NCBI RefSeq assembly: GCF_006345805.1
Contig: NC_042999.1
Location: forward strand, 18,600,001 to 18,664,000
Source: Octopus sinensis
Lineage: Eukaryota
Direction: 5' to 3'
DNA length: 64,000 nucleotides
This document shows, in pieces, positions 12,101 through 23,890 of the stretch (positions are counted from its first letter, which is position 1; each line of letters starts with the position of its first letter). The translations under genes and the position numbers were made by a program. A model generated the notes under the pieces. The model searched no databases. It was not told where the DNA came from and was given only the letters and a program-made list of their open reading frames with translations.

Positions 12101-14327
12101 TTATTTGAATAAATTAAAGACAACCGTCTCTCTGAACAAAGAATCTGATAATTCCTAATTATTGTTGTTATCAAGATAGAGTAGTATATTGAGAATATTG
12201 TAGAAAATGTTTGCAAAAATATTGTCTTTGCATGAGAACAGAATGGACTAAAATTGGCAGTATGTAGAGAAACACATGAGCCAATGCTCCAAAAGGACAA
12301 TATCACAACAGGAACAAAGAAGAAAATGTACATTCTCAGTGCTTTCAGATCTTTTTTATCTTCTGTGAAAAATGAAGATGAGGAGCCAAGGGAGATAGAC
12401 AGCCGCCAACTGATGAATGGTCAGTGTTAGCGCTTTCCTGTTCTCCATTTGTCTCTCTCTTTGGGTATTTGAACTTATTTGTTTTCGTATTTCATGTTGT
12501 TTACTGTTGGTGGCGTCCTGTCCCCATATATGCATACAGGAAAACAGAAAGACCGACCGTTCATCAATTGGCGGCTGTCTATCTACTCCTCATTTTGAGG
12601 AGTGGCTGTGTGGTAAGTAGCTTGCTAACCAACCACATGGTTCCGGGTTCAGTCCCACTTCGTGGCATCTTGGGCAAGTGTCTTCTGTTATAGCCCCGGG
12701 CCGACCAATGCCTTGTGAGTGGATTTGGTAGACGGAAACTGAAAGAAGCCTGTCGTATATATGTATGTATATATATGTATGTGCGTGTTTGTTTGTGTGT
12801 CTGTGTTTGTCCCCCTAGCATTGCTTGACAACCAATGCTGGTGTGTTTACGTCCCCGTCACTTAGCGGTTCGGCAAAAAGAGACCGATAGAATAAGTACT
12901 GGGCTTACAAAGAATAAGTCCCGGGGTCGATTTGCTCGACTAAAGGCGGTGCTCCAGCATGGCTGCAGTCAAATGACTGAAACAAGTAAAAGAGTAAAAG
13001 AGTAATATATATGACGATGATCCGCCTTTCCACGGTCAGCCCCAAAATTATGTACTATTTGGACAGATTGTTTTCGCCGTAGCGAACGCTAAGTTGTTTC
13101 AGTGAATACTTTTGTAGCAAATTAAATAAAAGAGTTAGCTGCTGCTTAACCAGCAAGAGTGCGAATACTCCCACATACCATCGCCCCTACAGGTTGCTTC
13201 TAATATTACTTGAAATGGAGCTTATGAATTCCAAATACAGACAAGAATAGAACGACATTTCTCTCAGCAAAGCATTCTTCAATAAAATTTTAGATTAAAA
13301 AATGAGAAAAGTCTGTAATGAATATAATAGCCAAAAAATACATGGATACTTTATGGCTGTTATCGAATTCTTTATTTTTGAATTTTACTTTATATATTTA
13401 ATGAATATTTCAACAATATGGAAATAGACATAACAGCATTAAGTGTAATTACCTTAGATAAACTGTGAGACTGAAAAATATTTCATAGTTAATTATATTT
13501 GACGTATATGAAGATACGTATAACATATGAATACTAGTATAAATGCATATATATCTCTGAAAGTGAGATAGAATGTATACATGCATGTAGGTGTGTAGCG
13601 ACTTTGTATATACGTAAGAATGTCTAAAACATTTTGAGTAGAATCTATATTTTGTAAGTAATTGTGTTGAAATTGCTGAATATTGTAATGTAAAGTAAAG
13701 CATCACTACAACATACTTTTAAACATTTTATAGATTATATAGCTAAAGTTTAAATTCAAAGGATATACTTGTCTTTGATATCGTTAATGTATTGCAGGTG
13801 AAATTGACAGATTCTGCATATGTTTATTATCAGATATTTTGTAGTTCGCGAACAACTATAAAGTTGGTTACGGTTTCTAAAACACCAACCTATTTTCTTG
13901 TTCCGTTTCTGACCGAATAACAAATGTTTCTTATTGAGTATACGTAAGGTGCCTTTATAATATATTAGTGGTTATGTATTGTCGTATTTATACGCCGTAA
14001 TATATGATAGTCTCACCTGTTGAAGACGAAGTATGAGCGTTCAGCTATTACTGAACGACGTGCACAAATGATTTGCTTATAGTGATCAAATGCATACGCT
14101 GCACATTTGATCACTCCCTTCATCATATCGACATTGCCTGAATAGGTGCACGGTGTGACGCACGTCAGGTGCCGAATTGATCGCAGAGCAACGTGCCATG
14201 AAGTGCTATTCTAAAGAGGACAACACACCAGTGGGTGGTAGAAATTGAAAAAGCGATCTAACAAACATGAATATAGCATCCTAACCACTAGGCCATTAGC
14301 CTCTTATGGGTCATTATCTATCTATCT

Positions 14328-14370
<43 letters not shown>

Positions 14371-17300
14371 CATACATACACACATACATTATTGTTTAAA
14401 ACTCACGCATCAGACAGAATCGTCAGCACGCTAGACGAAATGCTTAACGGTGTTTCACCTGCCGTGACGTTCTGAGGTAACGTCGAGGTCTACATTGCCT
14501 TTCATCCCTTCGGGGTCGATATATTAAGTACCAGTGAAACACTGGGATTGATATGATCAACTAGTCCCCTACCCAAAATGTTCAGCCCTTATGCCTATAA
14601 TAGAAATTATTAGGTGATGAAAACACATTTTATTTTGCTGTGCATGATGGAAAGAGTCAGTTGTCCACAGCCAGCAGACAAAGGTGACACTTGTTTGCAT
14701 GTCGTGCTTCTAGAACCCGACGAAAAATACTTGTAATTCCAAACAATGCTGATTTTTGTAAGTGTTCTACTTTCACACTTGTATCAATCTTTTTGAGCCG
14801 TGCTGGTAGTTGAGTGCTGAACATCCAAGTGCACTAATTACTGTTGGTATCACATCTACTGTCCTCATACATCACAACCTTTGCATTTCTCATTCTTTTT
14901 CTTTCTCTCTAATTCCTTTGTCACAGGGCGCGAACTTTTTTTCCCCCACGCGAGTACCAGACCCCAGTTTTGAGCACATTTGCATACAGCCAACCAGAGC
15001 TGAACTATCAAACTAATTTATGAGCGCATAACAAGTGATGCGCGATAAGATAAGGTCACTTGGGAATGACCATGCTTCTTTTCTATTTTTAATAATGCTT
15101 GTTGTTCTTGTCTTGTTTCAAACATGGCTGCCTCTACTTATATATTTGTGTTGTTGTTTACTTTGTAAAACAGTAAGGGGAGAGGGTTGATAGCACATCA
15201 CACTCTACCCACATCTTCCCATCCACATATTTACCATATGTGGCCCTAACAAAATCCGATAATATGTATATATGCAAATTTATCTAATTACTTCTCTCCT
15301 AAAATCAGGCATAACTTTGTGATCGGTCGACTTATAACAACGTTCTTCGTTTTGAGTTTACTTGGTAGAGTGTGTTTGTTAACTTGAGCTCTGATTGGCT
15401 GTATGAAAATGAGTTCATAACTGGGGTCCTGTAATCTCGTGAAAAAAATGTCGCCACCAGGACATGCTGTGTCGATTATCATGCATATCCGGTTATCGAT
15501 ATCTGGTCCGGTGATCGCACTGAATCATTGAATTCTACATGATTTTGCAAATCTCAATCTCGGTGACATCCCCTGGGATTTGCTCGTACAACATCATTGC
15601 TCTTCATAGGTGTCCACAGAGCTCCCAATGGATCATTCTTGCCACATTCTCATGCTGTCTTTTCGCTAACGATACCCTTCTCACCGCACATTCTGCATTT
15701 GTCGGACATGTTGTCTATTTTGCATTTCACATAGTCCGTATCGCTTGTTCTTAGGCTGCGCATAGAAGTACTTTTGTCTCTATCATCAGACCACGTAGAT
15801 TAACTTAATCACGGTTGACCCATTTGATTCTGCCCGTTCTTTTTTGCAGTCTGCTTGATTCGCTTGCTTGCTTGGTAGCAGTGGTTTCCGACTCTTCATC
15901 TGATTCAAGGTTAACGTCTAGTTCCCTTTCGAACTTATAAGCTTCCTTGACAATAGAATGCAGCTTTTTGCTGCTTTCGTGTTCGCACACAAGTCGCAGC
16001 ATCCAGTCCTTTGTACTAGATAGGTACCTTTTCATTCCTACAGTAGAGGTCTTATAGCACAGCTCTAATTGCATCATTCCTCTCCCCCCGCTGCTTCTAG
16101 GTAGGTACAAGCGGTCTACATCTGCCTTAGGGTGGTGCATGCTCTTGGATGTCAGTAACTTTCTTGTCTTCCTGTCCAAGCGTTGGAGTTCCGTAAGGTT
16201 CCAGTTAATGATGTTAAAACTGTACTGGACTACTGGAAGTGCCAGGGTGTTAATGGCCTCAATGCAATTTTTGGAGTTGAGTTCAGTCTTCAGTACAAGC
16301 CTTATTCTCCTATAATATTCCTTTCTTATCTTTTCCTTCATAGTAGCATGATGTATACCATCTCCTTCGTTGATTCCTAGGTATTTGTAACTTTCTTGTG
16401 GGTCAAGTTCCTTGATGGTAGTGTCAATATCTAATTTAACAGAAGCTGTTTGCCTGAGCTTGCCTCTTACAAAAGTTGCTTTAGCACACTTATCAAGGCC
16501 AAAATCCATCCCGATATCATTGCTAAACTCTTTAACAGTTGTTAGCAGCCCTTCTAGCTCTTGGTCATTCCTGGCAAACAGCTTTAGGTCGTCCATATAG
16601 AAAAGGTGGTTTATTAACTTACTAAAAACTTTGTACCCATATCTGGTACTATCCAATTCGTTTGAGAGTGGGATCAGTGCCATGCAAAAAAGTAATGGAG
16701 AGAGGGAGTCACCTTGAAAGATGCCTCGTTTGATGTTGATGCTATTGGACTGGCTCATCCCATTACTATGGCTTAGAAAGAGACGTGTGTTCCACATGGT
16801 CATGCTATTCTCTAAGAATTTTGAGACGACAGGAGAGATCTTGTATATCTCAAGGGCCTTGAGTATCCATTTATGTGGGACACTGTCATACGCTTTCCTG
16901 TAGTCTATCCATGCCATACTCAGGTTTTTGTTTTTGCTCCGGCAATTCTCTACAATCATTCTGTTTATGAGCAATTGGTCTTTGCACCCATAAGAGTTTC
17001 TTTTACAACCTTTTTGAGCTTGTGGAAGGATAGAATTTTGTTCAAGGAAAGCGTACATTCTCTCCGTTATTATGGATGTGAGGATTTTGTAGGTGGTGTT
17101 GAGACATGTTATTGGCCGGTAATTCTTTGGGTTTTTTGTGTCTTCGGTTTTAGGTTATAGGTAGGTGGTTCCTTCAGTCAGCCAAGCAGGTATTTGCTCT
17201 GGGTTCTGAATGACATCAGACAGAGATGCAGCTAGATTTTCGTGTACCTCTGTCAAACAATTCAGCCAGAAGTTAGGGATCCGATCCAGTCCTGGGGTTT

Positions 17301-17512
17301 TCCATTTATGAGCCTTCCTAAGGACACACCTTAGCTCCTCTATTCCTATTGCTTCCCATTTCTGTTCTTCAAGTTCATCCAGTCTCTCTTTCTCACGTTC
17401 TATCCAGTCAGCCTCAGCATTAAACTCTTTTTCGTTGCTCCATACCTTCTTCCAGAACTCCTCCACTTCCTCAATCTTAGGTGGATCTTCTATGTGTATT
17501 TTATTTTTGCCA

Positions 17513-17550
<38 letters not shown>

Positions 17551-20500
17551 AATTATTAGTATTCCATTTGTTCATGATGTACAAGTATATATATGTGTGT
17601 GTGTGATTTTTGGGTGCATAGGCACATAAGGTTTAATACTTATTAATATTATATTTATTAGTATTATACTATTATAATACTAATACATCTAATACCATTG
17701 AAGTAGAGAGTAATAATTATATTAGCACTAAATTTAAATCTAGAAATGAACCTCCGTATAATACGGAACTACAAACATTAGAGGATAATATTTGGAAAGT
17801 GGTAAAAAACATAGAACTTTATAAATACCCTTATAGACATAATAAATACTTAAGAAACCTACCTATTAGAATTAAGGAATTGAGAAGTACTGAAGGCATT
17901 ATAGTACAATTATATAAAACTAGAAAATTGTATAAACTAAATATAGGAAACATACGATAGTCTATTAGAGAAAGAAATTAATAAAAAATATTATATAGTT
18001 CCAGAGAATATTCTTTATGATTTAAAAAAGACCTATGAAGTAATAATGATGAAATATGAGATAGATAGTAAAATAGAAGCGGAGGTGCGTGGCTTAGTGG
18101 TTAGGGTGTCAGCATCATGATCGTAAGACTGTGGTTTCGAGTCCTGGATCGGGCGACGCGTTGAGTTCTTGAGCAAAACACTTCATTTCACGTTGCTCCA
18201 GTCCACTCAGCTGGCAAAATTGAGTAACGCAGCGATGAGCTGCCATCCCATCCAGCTGGGGAACACATACGCCATGGAAACCGGGAAACCAGGCCAATGA
18301 GCCTGACAAAGGCTTTAAAAGGGCACATTTATTATTTATTTATTAATAAAACAGAACCTCATGTGCCTATGTACCCACGAACGACACACACATACACACA
18401 CTTACATATATATATATATGATTGTGTTTGTGTGTGTGTGTGTGTGCGATTACATTTATGCATCAATGTACATTTATTAGGGATATTTCTCGTCGCCGTT
18501 TCCGTTTAACAGTTTTCACTGACACTGTATTGGTAGAACCATGATTATGCTAAATTACATTAATCTAAGTAATATCTGTAAACAATTTCTAACTCGAAAC
18601 AACGAGTAATTAAGCATGAGTAGAAAGGGTCTTAAATACGCAAATCTTGCAAAACATTGCACCTGTTACACTCAGCACATTACGTGCTCTGTTTAAAATC
18701 CTCATTTGCATTGTTCCAAATTATTCCTATGATATTCCGGTCCAGAGATTTTAGGCTTATGTCTCGTAATTATAACATATTTGTAATAGTTGGTTGGATG
18801 AAACAGCAGTTTAAATTTAAGGTCTTAATAGTCGTGCGTGCAGTATTCAAGGGAGTTTCAAAAGAAAAGGTGATAATTTATAAATTTCCGGGTATTAGGC
18901 TGTTTTAAGAGTTAATTACACTGCGAAGTTGTTTCAAATTTCTAGGATAAGTTGTATTATAAATGGACAATGTATTATTGGGAAATACTTCTCTTTTCTT
19001 TATAATCTTTCAGTATATATATATTTCTTTATTGCCCACAAGGGGCTAAACATAGAGGGGACAAACAAGGACAGACAAAGGGATTAAGTCGATTACATCG
19101 ACCCAAGTGCGAAACTGGTACTTTATTTATCGGCACCGAAAGGATGAAAGGCAAAGTCGACCTCGGCGGAATTTAAACGCAGAACGTAACGCCAGACGAA
19201 ATACCGCTAAGCATTTCGCCCGGCGCGCTAACGTTTCTGCCAGCTCGGCGCCTCTATATTTCAGTATAGAGGCGCCGGCGTAGCTATGTAGTAAAAAGCT
19301 TGCTTCCCAACCACATGGTTCTGGATTCAATTCCACTGTTTGGAATTTCGGTCAAGTGACTTTTAGTATAGCCTCGGCCCGACCGAAGCCTCGTGAGTTG
19401 ATTTGGTAGACAGAAACTGAAAGAAGCCCGCCGTATATATACATATGTATGTATGTATGCTTGTATGTATGTGTGTATGCATGTATGTATATGTTGGTCT
19501 ATCTTTGTTTGTTACCCCAACCATCGCTTGACAATCTGTGTTGGTGTGACTACGTCCCCGTAAATTAATGGTTCGGCAAAAGATACTAGGCTTACCAAAG
19601 TACTAGGCTTGCAATGAATAAGTCCTGTGGTTTATTTGTTCCACTAAATAGCAGTGCATGGCCGCTGTCAAATGACTATAACAAATAAAATAAGAATAAT
19701 ATATACTGCAGAGAATGTGCGGAAAATATATTTGCAGAAAACGACCCAATAACAATCTCAGTAAAAAAGTGTATGATGCGGTATCCGTCGTTTAGAAACC
19801 CAGCTTTCAATGTCTCATTAACATAGTGTATTATTACATCATTTTTAGCCGAAGCCTCATGCATTTGTTAAGGAGATTACGGATGTTTGGAATAGCTTAA
19901 TGCAGAATTTGAATAAATTTGTTAATGCATTTATTTATGTATGTACTATATGGGATTTATAATGTTTTATGTTGTACAGTAATAAATTATTTCGGTATTC
20001 TAGTAATTTGAATGAAGAGAACATTTTAGCGTTTATTAAAGCGAAACGTTACTGGTATAACATGAAATACTTACTGGCACGATAATATAAAAAAAAAACT
20101 TACGTAGAAAATTATGTAATAAACTATACAAGATTTGAGTTATTATAGGAATGTAAAATGTATTAATTCCAGGAGCGTACATTATAATAATGGGAATTGA
20201 TTATCTTAATGTTCGTTGTAAGGGTTATCATGAAATTCTCAGTGACAATTTGGATATTATTATTATAGAGGAGCTGCCAATCAGCTGCATTCTGGCAGCC
20301 ATTCAAAATCATGTCAGGAAAACGGGGATCGTATTTGCAAGTAAGTAGCTTCAATTATTTGCCATATCTGGAGCCTATAATTTACTGAGTTTAATAACGT
20401 CGTCTCATGAATGCTGTAGTATTTCCTCATTGATTTTTGTAAAATTCCATCGTACTTTTTTCAGTTCTGCATATAAAAAATATTCTCTGACACATTGCAT

Positions 20501-22604
20501 CAGGGATGAAATAATAGCTGCCATTTATTCGGTGAATTTAGGAAATATCGGATGGAATTATAAAAATTATACCACTACATGTAATATCCCAAATGGGTAT
20601 CTCAATTTTGTTTAGCAAAATTGTGAAACATAACATGGAATATTTTATTGATACAACGATACGAATAACAAAAATTTAAAAACAGGAACTGTCAAGTATA
20701 TCCAACATATTTTTATGCATTAAAAATTTCCCGAACCTATCATGATGATGTTTTACGTATCCAAAGGTTTCAAAGACTGATGTGGAAATTTGGAATTTAT
20801 ATATAAAAAAATCTAATGATACATTTAGGAGTTTAAGGAAAAAATCCTGTTGAGTAAACGTTACAATAAGAATCTGCACGCCAAGTTTATCGAATTGCTT
20901 GGTAAGTTCGAACAAATTTGATATGAGAGTGCTTGCAATGTTATATTAGTCATGCGATAAGGCGTCGAGCTGGCATGATCGTTAACACGCCAGGGGAAAC
21001 ACTTAGTGGTATTTCAACCGTCGCTACGTTCTGATTTCAAATTCCGCCGAGTTCGACTTTGCTTTCATTCTTTCAGGGATCGATACGTTAAATACCAATT
21101 GTGTATCGGTGTCGATATAATCGACTGCCCACCCATCCCCCAAAATTTCATTATATTAAGTAAGGAGAAGATGGATTTTTTTTTATTAAACTTTATTCTG
21201 TAGGATAGGTCAATTCGAAAGTTATTCAGAATAAAGTTTAATACCAAAACCATTTTCTTGTTTTGAACTCAGAACGTATTACCAGACGAAATACTGCTAA
21301 GCATTTCACCCGACATGGGAAAATTGTTGACAATACATAGAATGCACCACTCTGAGGCAGATATAGAACATCTTTACCTGCCAAGAAAAGAGGGTGGTCA
21401 TGGACTTTTACAACAGGAATTAACAGTGAAGGCTGCCATAATAGGTCTCAACACCTACCTGACAAACTCTGATGACTGGATGTTAAATCATATATTAAAG
21501 CAAGAAAGCACCATGCTAAGTAACATTAGATGCAAAGGAGTATCTTGGTGAATTCCAAATACAACAAATTGCAGAAAAAGATGTACTAAAACAAGCATAG
21601 AAAAATCTAAGCGCATGAAAACCCGTGCTAAGACTTAGTCTTACTGATAAATGGCAAGAAAAACAAACCTCTCAATGACTAATACCCAACAGAGCTAATA
21701 GTGCCGATGTTGTCAAAGCCCTTACCCATCAATGATTAGTATTTTCTGGCTAAAAATCAAAAACAGCCCAGTATCAATGCTTACCTACAAGGAAATACCA
21801 GGCCAACATATTAAGAAATGACAGTAGCCCAACATGTACTTAAACAACAAAAAGAAACTATTGATCATATTGTTTCCATATGTAGTCTTCACGCGCCTAC
21901 AGAGTATCTCAACAGGTATGATCGGGCAGCACAATATATTCACTGGGTAATTTGCAAAAATCTGGACCTGCCCCATGATTAAAAGCTGGTGGGAACACAA
22001 ACCACTTCCAGTGCTTGAAAATGATCTCATCTCATTTGTCTACTACTTCACCGTTCAAACTGACAGAAAGATTGATGCAAATAGGGCAGATATTATATTG
22101 AAAGACTTCAGACAAATACCATGCTTCCTCATTGATAATACCGTCCCAATCGACACATGTATCTCTCAAGACCTATGAAAAACTGAGCAAGTATAAATAT
22201 CTTGAAATAGAAATTGGCAAAATGTGGAAGATCAAGACTAAAATAATACCTGTTGTCATAGGTGCCCTAGGAATGATAGCAAAAGGGACTAATTCCTATC
22301 TAGATCAGATACCAGGAAAATCCTAAATGGCCGAAATTCAAGATAGAGCTTATGGGAACTGCCTATATCTTAGGTAAAATACTGTCAGTGTAATCTCAAA
22401 TTTTGAAACAGAAATATTTAAAAATGAATTAATAGTGAATATATAAAATCTACTTTACACCAAATATTTTTATATGTAATGTTTAAATCATTTATTCTTA
22501 ATTTGGGTCTGACGTCGAGGGAACATGCAGTTAGCTGTTGGCTTTAAAATCGTATTTCTTTCCCTACAGACTATCTCAAATTAAATGAAAGCTCTAAAGC
22601 ATAG
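9063..22604 (+). CDS. Candidate 7-exon host gene (possibly damaged) encoding a small secreted Cys-rich protein of unrecognised family
   Basis: Phase-compatible AG/GT-bounded open exons: ~9063/9094-9146, 11659-11754, 19712-19780, 20269-20340, 20465-20531, 20829-20901, 22570-22604 (TAG). Joined: FSLVILFPVLFEGFGLPRCHKNFINVSSGETLLWTQRCERVLREDINNSIECAENIFAENDPITISVKKCMMRGAANQLHSGSHSKSCQENGDRICNSAYKKYSLTHCIRDEIIAAIYSEFKEKILLSKRYNKNLHAKFIELLDYLKLNESSKA*. Manual prediction with no expression evidence. Confidence 0.55.
9531..10088 (+). mobile_element. Tandem array of SINE family B modules
   Basis: GGCGAGCTGGCAGAAACGTTAGC head. About three repeats of the GCCTTTCATCCTTTCGGGGTCGAT...TTTAGCCCCTTG...AAAGAAATA module. 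Confidence 0.88.
11659..11754 (+). CDS. Candidate exon (phase 2-2)
   Basis: ttgcag| ... |gtaaat, 96 nt, open: CHKNFINVSSGETLLWTQRCERVLREDINNS. Confidence 0.5.
12598..13005 (+). mobile_element. SINE family C, full length
   Basis: AGGAGTGGCTGTGTGGTAAG head, GGTTCAGTCCC B-box-like motif, internal TA/TG microsatellite, (GTAAAAGA)n-like tail. Confidence 0.9.
14050..14295 (-). mobile_element. Degenerate tRNA-derived SINE with an internal 12-bp hairpin
   Basis: Minus-strand head GAGGCTAATGGCCTAGTGGTTAGG. Perfect stem AGTGATCAAATG/CATTTGATCACT at 14081-14115. Confidence 0.55.
14924..15460. mobile_element. MITE with ~85-bp imperfect inverted ends, inserted into the LINE endonuclease domain
   Basis: 14930-15013 is an imperfect inverted repeat of 15372-15455. 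The LINE frame CPG|DKG rejoins when the insert is removed. TSD and superfamily are unclear. Confidence 0.75.
15805..17512 (-). pseudogene. RT region of the R4/Dong-type LINE
   Basis: Track ORFs 17155-17466 and 15805-17058 are one frame interrupted by a single TAA at 17155-17157. A frameshift occurs near 15860. Confidence 0.9.
17700..18078 (+). pseudogene. Penelope-like element N-terminal coding fragment
   Basis: FKSRNEPPYNTELQTLEDNIWKVVKNIEL...IKELRSTEGIIVQLYKTRKLYKL / YDSLLEKEINKKY...DSKIE resembles the FKS..PP...EL..FE.DL...NI.F...ADKT.N.Y...Y..LL...I...Y...D.IE pattern upstream of PLE RT. One frameshift. Confidence 0.6.
18081..18330 (+). mobile_element. SINE (A head, X tail)
   Basis: GGAGGTGCGTGGCTTAGTGGTTAGG head; tail CCATCCCATCCAGCTGGGGAACACATACGCCATGGAAACCGGGAAACC. 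Confidence 0.85.
19018..19258 (-). mobile_element. SINE family B
   Basis: Family B module, reversed; direct repeat TTTCAGTATA at 19008-19017 and 19259-19268. Confidence 0.88.
19269..19699 (+). mobile_element. SINE family C
   Basis: Matches 12598-13005 throughout. Confidence 0.88.
19712..19780 (+). CDS. Candidate exon (phase 2-2)
   Basis: ctgcag| ... |gtatcc, 69 nt, open: ECAENIFAENDPITISVKKCMM. Acceptor is weak because a SINE tail lies directly upstream. Confidence 0.45.
20269..20340 (+). CDS. Candidate exon (phase 2-2)
   Basis: ttattatag| ... |gtaagt, 72 nt: GAANQLHSGSHSKSCQENGDRIC. Confidence 0.55.
20465..20531 (+). CDS. Candidate exon (phase 2-0)
   Basis: cgtactttttttcag| ... |gtgaat, 67 nt: SAYKKYSLTHCIRDEIIAAIYS. 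Confidence 0.6.
20829..20901 (+). CDS. Candidate exon (phase 0-1)
   Basis: catttag| ... |gtaagt, 73 nt: EFKEKILLSKRYNKNLHAKFIELL. Confidence 0.6.
21314..22395 (+). pseudogene. Decayed 3' fragment of a second R4-type LINE
   Basis: HHSEADIEHLYLPRKEGGHGL; YDRAAQYIHWVICKNL; WWEHKPLPVLEN; QTDRKIDANRADII...LID..VP.D; EKLSKYKYLEIEIGKMWKIKTKIIPVVIGALG. Many stops and frameshifts. Confidence 0.88.
22570..22604 (+). CDS. Candidate terminal coding exon
   Basis: Strong acceptor tatttctttccctacag|, phase 1: (D)YLKLNESSKA*. Confidence 0.55.
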
Positions 22605-23890
22605 AAGGCCGTTTTGTGTTTTACAAATATGTATATTTGTTTGACTAATTACAAAAATAGAATAGAATAATTCTATATAAATTTATTCATATACATTATA
22701 TTACATTGTTGACCTAAGTATTTTAAACTTTACACATTAATGTTTTCAAACTTTTCCTTAGTTTGCCGTCACCTTATACCAATATGATTTAGATATATTT
22801 AATTTTGAAAACATAATTTATTGCTATGAGCTAAACAATATAAATTTTAACTGCGAAACAATTAAAATCAATTTTTGTTAGTGCAAAGATTAGAGAACTC
22901 CTTTTGTGACTTTTGTTGCTTGAAAGGTTTCACAGAAACCATAATTAAACACACAAATATATACGATATATATCGGTATGCGAAGACTTTCCATGTATTC
23001 AGTACGGTGAAATTAATTACTAACATCTTATAGATGATGATTTATTCGATTTGGACTTAGAAGGAATGGTTACAATAATTACAGAAAGCAAGCATCGTTC
23101 TATTGAGCATCATTCTACGTAAAATACCGCTCTACTGTTCCAGTGCGATAAACAATGATAAATATATCTTCACGATACACAGTTCATAGTGTAAAAGCTC
23201 CGTTGTATCTACGTTGAAAATTTAGTATTATGTTCCTGATATTATTCCCACAACTTTGTGTATGTATTTTAATTCTAAATATTCACTTAAAATTTTCTGT
23301 GCACAATTCTGTACGGTCCACAAATGAATGCATATTCAAGATCTATATCATCAACGTCGGCCATTGATTGTATTCAAGATATCAGTATGGAAAACATTCT
23401 AGACGGTCACACAAATAAATTCACGGCGATATTTTGATTCAATTTTGAATATACGCAATTAAAATTGATACATAGTTGCGTTGGATTTGAGCTTTTCGGA
23501 AATGAATACAATACAGATACGCTCTGTGCCAAAGTTGGGTTAAATCAATTACAGAATCCATACAAATGTGTTGGGCATTTATAAGTAAGCAAGTCGTTCA
23601 GTGCTCAACAAAATTAATTATTTTCGGGATCATCAATGCAAGAAACCCAGAGGATGCTATTAACACTGTTAACCTTCCTCATAATTTTAAGTTCATACAG
23701 TGACTGAGAACATGCGTTATGAGAATGCGTAATTCCAGTTTTCCAGTTGCCATCTAAATAAGACATATTACTCGTGACATGTATATCCGACAAAATTGTC
23801 ATTCACCAGTAAATGTAAAAGAGGGAAAACGCAGTTACCTCCATTTGACAAGTTTAAGAATTAATTGATGTTGGAAATACAGAATAAATA

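Larger units (their letters stand above)
14613..17512 (-). mobile_element. R4/Dong-type non-LTR retrotransposon (RT + C-terminal restriction-like endonuclease), 5'-truncated
   Basis: RT motifs KNYRPITCL, QKGC...GCKDQLLIN, WIDYRKAYDSVPH, RGIFQGDSLSPLLF, HLFYMDDLKL. Decayed CRMCG knuckle, HENVARMIHWELC, PDI...IIDTACPG|DKGIREKE...VIPTVISALG...LQKSALFGITSIFRRVL. Flanked by (TAA)n at both ends. Confidence 0.92.

Noticed and set aside
20173-20340. Alternative 168-nt phase 1-1 exon (GAYIIIMG...GIVFA)
   Set aside because: It is open and AG/GT-bounded, but it runs into a stop in the next exon. The 72-nt version gives a longer phase-consistent chain. Not fully excluded.
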